Of a stretch of DNA of 64,000 nucleotides, positions 63,762-64,000 are shown one piece after another. Source of the DNA: the human T2T-CHM13v2.0 reference genome, Homo sapiens; the NCBI RefSeq assembly GCF_009914755.1, contig NC_060925.1; one strand, 5' to 3'. Each line of letters opens with the position of its first letter. The first letter of the stretch is position 1. The notes below the pieces were generated by a model. That model was not told the origin of the DNA. It was given only the letters and a program-made list of their open reading frames with translations, and did not search any database. Position numbers and translations under genes: made by a program.

Positions 63762-64000
63762 TGCAATGGACTGAATGTCTGTGTCCCCTTCCAAATTCAT
63801 GTGTTGAAATCTAATCCTCAGTATGGTGGTATTTGGAGCCTTTGGGAGGTGATTAGGTCATGAGGGTAGAGCCTTCATGATTGGGATTAGTGTCCTTATA
63901 AAAGAAGCCAGAAACCTAACTGGCTCTCTTTCCATCATGTGAGGACACAAGGAGAAGCTGGCAATCTGTAACCTATAAGAGAGCCCTCGCTAGAACCTGA
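63762..64000 (+). mobile_element. MLT1A/MSTD-like LTR, runs off the window end
   Basis: tggactgaatgtctgtgtcccc...aaattcatgtgttgaaatctaa...gggaggtgattaggtcatgaggg...ccttataaaaga. Confidence 0.88.

Overview
This is repeat-dominated, non-coding DNA from a simian primate. Alu SINEs plus THE1 MaLR LTRs indicate a simian, and the sequence is human-like, but I cannot place the locus. I found no supportable protein-coding exon, RNA gene, CpG island or CRISPR array. The supplied ORFs are Alu-, LTR- or low-complexity-derived, or are chance frames. Main content: about 15 Alus (S and J-like, none clearly young), dozens of MIR and L2 fragments, and only ancient L1M remnants. There are many MaLR/ERVL LTRs (MLT1, THE1, LTR16/33/41-like, a MamGypLTR1-like element) and several DNA-transposon relics (MER5A, MER58, MER82, MER91, MER103, MADE2, ORSL-like, a Tigger remnant). 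The most notable structure is a full-length THE1A-like element (45401-47999, TSD GTAGG) whose internal ORF is almost intact. Other observations worth testing: a THE1C solo LTR with two perfect DUX4 motifs, one apparently gained by point mutation; a CTCF motif in an LTR41-like LTR; a probable Alu-to-Alu gene-conversion tract; and composite splice-site motifs. I see no evidence for a new multi-gene biological system. Subfamily names come from recalled consensus sequences, not a database search. Boundaries of ancient repeats are approximate (tens of bp).
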